A stretch of DNA of 64,000 nucleotides, taken from the NCBI GenBank assembly GCA_035353995.1, contig DAOQAL010000001.1, positions 145,464 through 209,463 on the forward strand, written 5' to 3'. Shown piece by piece: positions 62,258-64,000 of this stretch. The first letter of the stretch is position 1; the number at the start of each line of letters is the position of its first letter. The notes below the pieces were generated by a model. It was given only the letters and a program-made list of their open reading frames with translations. It did no database searches and was not told the DNA's origin. Both the position numbers and the translations under genes were made by a program. The stretch is from Minisyncoccota bacterium. Its GTDB lineage: Bacteria; Patescibacteriota; Minisyncoccia; Phycocordibacterales; UBA9973.

Positions 62258-63385
62258 ATGAATAATCCCTTTAAAGATTTTTTTTCAAATATCAAAGTTT
62301 TAGACAAAGATTCAAATAGTAGCGCTGTCGGAATAGACATCGGTTCTTCGTCTATTAAGGTTGTTGAAATAAAAAAGAAGGGAGGGAAGGCTACATTGGT
62401 AACTTATGGCATGATTGCTCTTGGTCCTTATGCAGATATTGAAGTAGGCCGTGTAACTAATCTACCTGTAGAAAAAACGATAGAAGCCTTAAAAGAAACA
62501 TTAAAACAATCTGGAGTTACAACAACATCTTCTGCTTTAGCAATTCCTTCACAGTCAAGTTTAGTTTTTACTATTGAGCTTCCTCCACAGGTTAAAAAGA
62601 CAGAAATGGCATCAATAGTTTCTACAGAGGCAAGAAAATATATTCCTGTGCCAATAGATGAAGTTTCTCTAGACTGGTTTATTCTTCCCAAAAAGGAAAT
62701 TTCTTTTGAAGAAGCAAATAATCCAGACTTGCAATTAGAGACATTTGAAAAAACAGAAGTTCTTGTAGTTGCAATACAAAATGATGTTGTATCAAAATAC
62801 AGATCAATTGTTGATGGGAACAAACTTAATGCTAGTTTTTTTGAAATTGAAATTTTTTCGTCAATACGTTCTAACTTTGAACATGAATTATCATTAGTTC
62901 TTTTAATGGATTTTGGAGCTTCGCGTACAAAACTTTCTATTGTTGAATTTGGAACAGTGAAAAGTTTTCACATTATACAGAAGGGTGGGGCAGATATAAC
63001 AGATTCTATTTCAAAATCTTTGAGTATTCCTTTTGCTGAAGCTGAAAAAATGAAAAAAGAATTTGGACTTTATGGCAATCCGAATGAAAAACAGCTAGCT
63101 GATATTATAAAAATTCACACAGACTATATCTTTTCAGAAACAAATAATGTATTATTAGGATACGAGAAGAAATACAATAAGTCTATAAGTAAAGTTATTA
63201 TTACCGGTGGAGGATCTTTACTGAAAGGATTGAAAGAAGTTGCTTCTGCAAATTTTAAAGCTGATATAGAAATTGGGCGCCCGTTTTCAAAAGTCGGTGC
63301 TCCTGCATTTTTAGATAAAGCATTAGAAGCCACAGGTCCTGAGTTCGGAGTTGCTATAGGACTTGCTTTGAGAAAATTACAATAA
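62258..63385 (+). CDS. pilM: Type IV pilus assembly protein PilM
   Basis: GIDIGSSSIKVVE, EARKYIPVPIDEVSLDW, DFGASRT, TGGGS, AIGLALR. Confidence 0.93.
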   Translation: MNNPFKDFFSNIKVLDKDSNSSAVGIDIGSSSIKVVEIKKKGGKATLVTYGMIALGPYADIEVGRVTNLPVEKTIEALKETLKQSGVTTTSSALAIPSQSSLVFTIELPPQVKKTEMASIVSTEARKYIPVPIDEVSLDWFILPKKEISFEEANNPDLQLETFEKTEVLVVAIQNDVVSKYRSIVDGNKLNASFFEIEIFSSIRSNFEHELSLVLLMDFGASRTKLSIVEFGTVKSFHIIQKGGADITDSISKSLSIPFAEAEKMKKEFGLYGNPNEKQLADIIKIHTDYIFSETNNVLLGYEKKYNKSISKVIITGGGSLLKGLKEVASANFKADIEIGRPFSKVGAPAFLDKALEATGPEFGVAIGLALRKLQ

Positions 63386-63406
63386 GTGAGATAATATAAA
63401 TAGAGT

Positions 63407-64000
63407 ATGGATCAAAATTTTCAAACATCATTTATACCTAAAAAACCGATGATTGAACAAAAGACAACGGAAAAACGTCCGATTGGTATTTTTGTTGCTA
63501 TTTCTCTTATTATATTTTTAGCTATAGCTCTTATATCTGGAGGTGCTTATTTTTACAAAAGCGTTTTGATAAAAAATCTTTCTGAGATGAAAGCAAATCT
63601 TGAATTGGCAAAGAATCGTTTTGAACCATCTAAGATTGCACAACTTCAAACTTTTGATAAACGTTTAATATCATCTACTGAAATTTTATCAAAACACATA
63701 GCAATTTCTCCTATATTTCAAGTATTGCAAGATAGCACGTTAAAAACTATTCGTTATACAGATTTTGGATACGAAATGGACGATAAAACAAATACAATAA
63801 ATATAAAAATGAGTGGTCAGGCTGTTGGATATCGTTCTATTGCTCTTCAGTCAGATTTACTTGTTGCAAATAAAAATTTTATTGATCCAGTATTTTCAAA
63901 TCTTTTGCTTGATGAAAAAGGTAATGTCCTTTTCGATTTGCAATTTTCAGTTGATCCAAGTTTTGTAAATTATAAACAGGTGCTTAAAACAGAAGATGTA
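63407..64000 (+). CDS. PilN-like pilus assembly protein (3'-truncated by window edge)
   Basis: MDQNFQTSFIPKKP followed by a TM and coiled coil; directly after pilM; no stop seen before the window end. Confidence 0.7.
   Translation, partial: MDQNFQTSFIPKKPMIEQKTTEKRPIGIFVAISLIIFLAIALISGGAYFYKSVLIKNLSEMKANLELAKNRFEPSKIAQLQTFDKRLISSTEILSKHIAISPIFQVLQDSTLKTIRYTDFGYEMDDKTNTINIKMSGQAVGYRSIALQSDLLVANKNFIDPVFSNLLLDEKGNVLFDLQFSVDPSFVNYKQVLKTEDV

Noticed and set aside
14574-63333. Many short antisense or alternate-frame ORFs over fusA, tuf, r-proteins, ftsH, recG, pilM and others
   Set aside because: Fully overlap well-supported genes and show no motifs or expression signals
1-64000. Alternative genetic code (UGA=Gly, code 25)
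   Set aside because: Conserved genes translate full-length under code 11 with no in-frame TGA interruptions

Overview
AT-rich bacterial chromosome segment (genetic code 11). It most likely comes from a Patescibacteria (CPR) Parcubacteria genome of the uL1-lacking group, e.g. Nomurabacteria-like; this is inferred from the absence of rplA after rplK and of rpmD between rpsE and rplO, plus CPR-type pilM/pilN, comF, VirD4-like ATPase and fibre proteins. It holds the translation core (secE-nusG-rplK, a fragmented str operon, S10-spc-secY-adk-map, infC-rpmI-rplT, smpB-tmRNA), nucleotide metabolism (dCMP deaminase, thyA, folA, cmk, adk, pyrH, ndk), ftsH, recG, a MarR-EmrAB-type efflux operon, three tRNAs, a decayed tRNA and a probable compact 6S RNA. 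The most unusual signals are: (1) a stand-alone Cas2/VapD-fold gene inserted between rpsG and fusA and bracketed by two copies of a 30-bp palindrome; (2) rare-anticodon tRNAs (Ser-ACU, Ile-UAU, a decayed Ser-AGA); (3) self-contained accessory cassettes (promoter, boxA-like motif, long hairpin, foreign gene, terminator), two of which share a ~60-nt hairpin leader and one of which encodes an unannotated 47-aa peptide; (4) pervasive leaderless promoters, contrasting with 5'-terminal hairpins on translation-gene transcripts; (5) a long hairpin leader before rpsN. All calls come from reading the sequence; no searches or folding programs were run.
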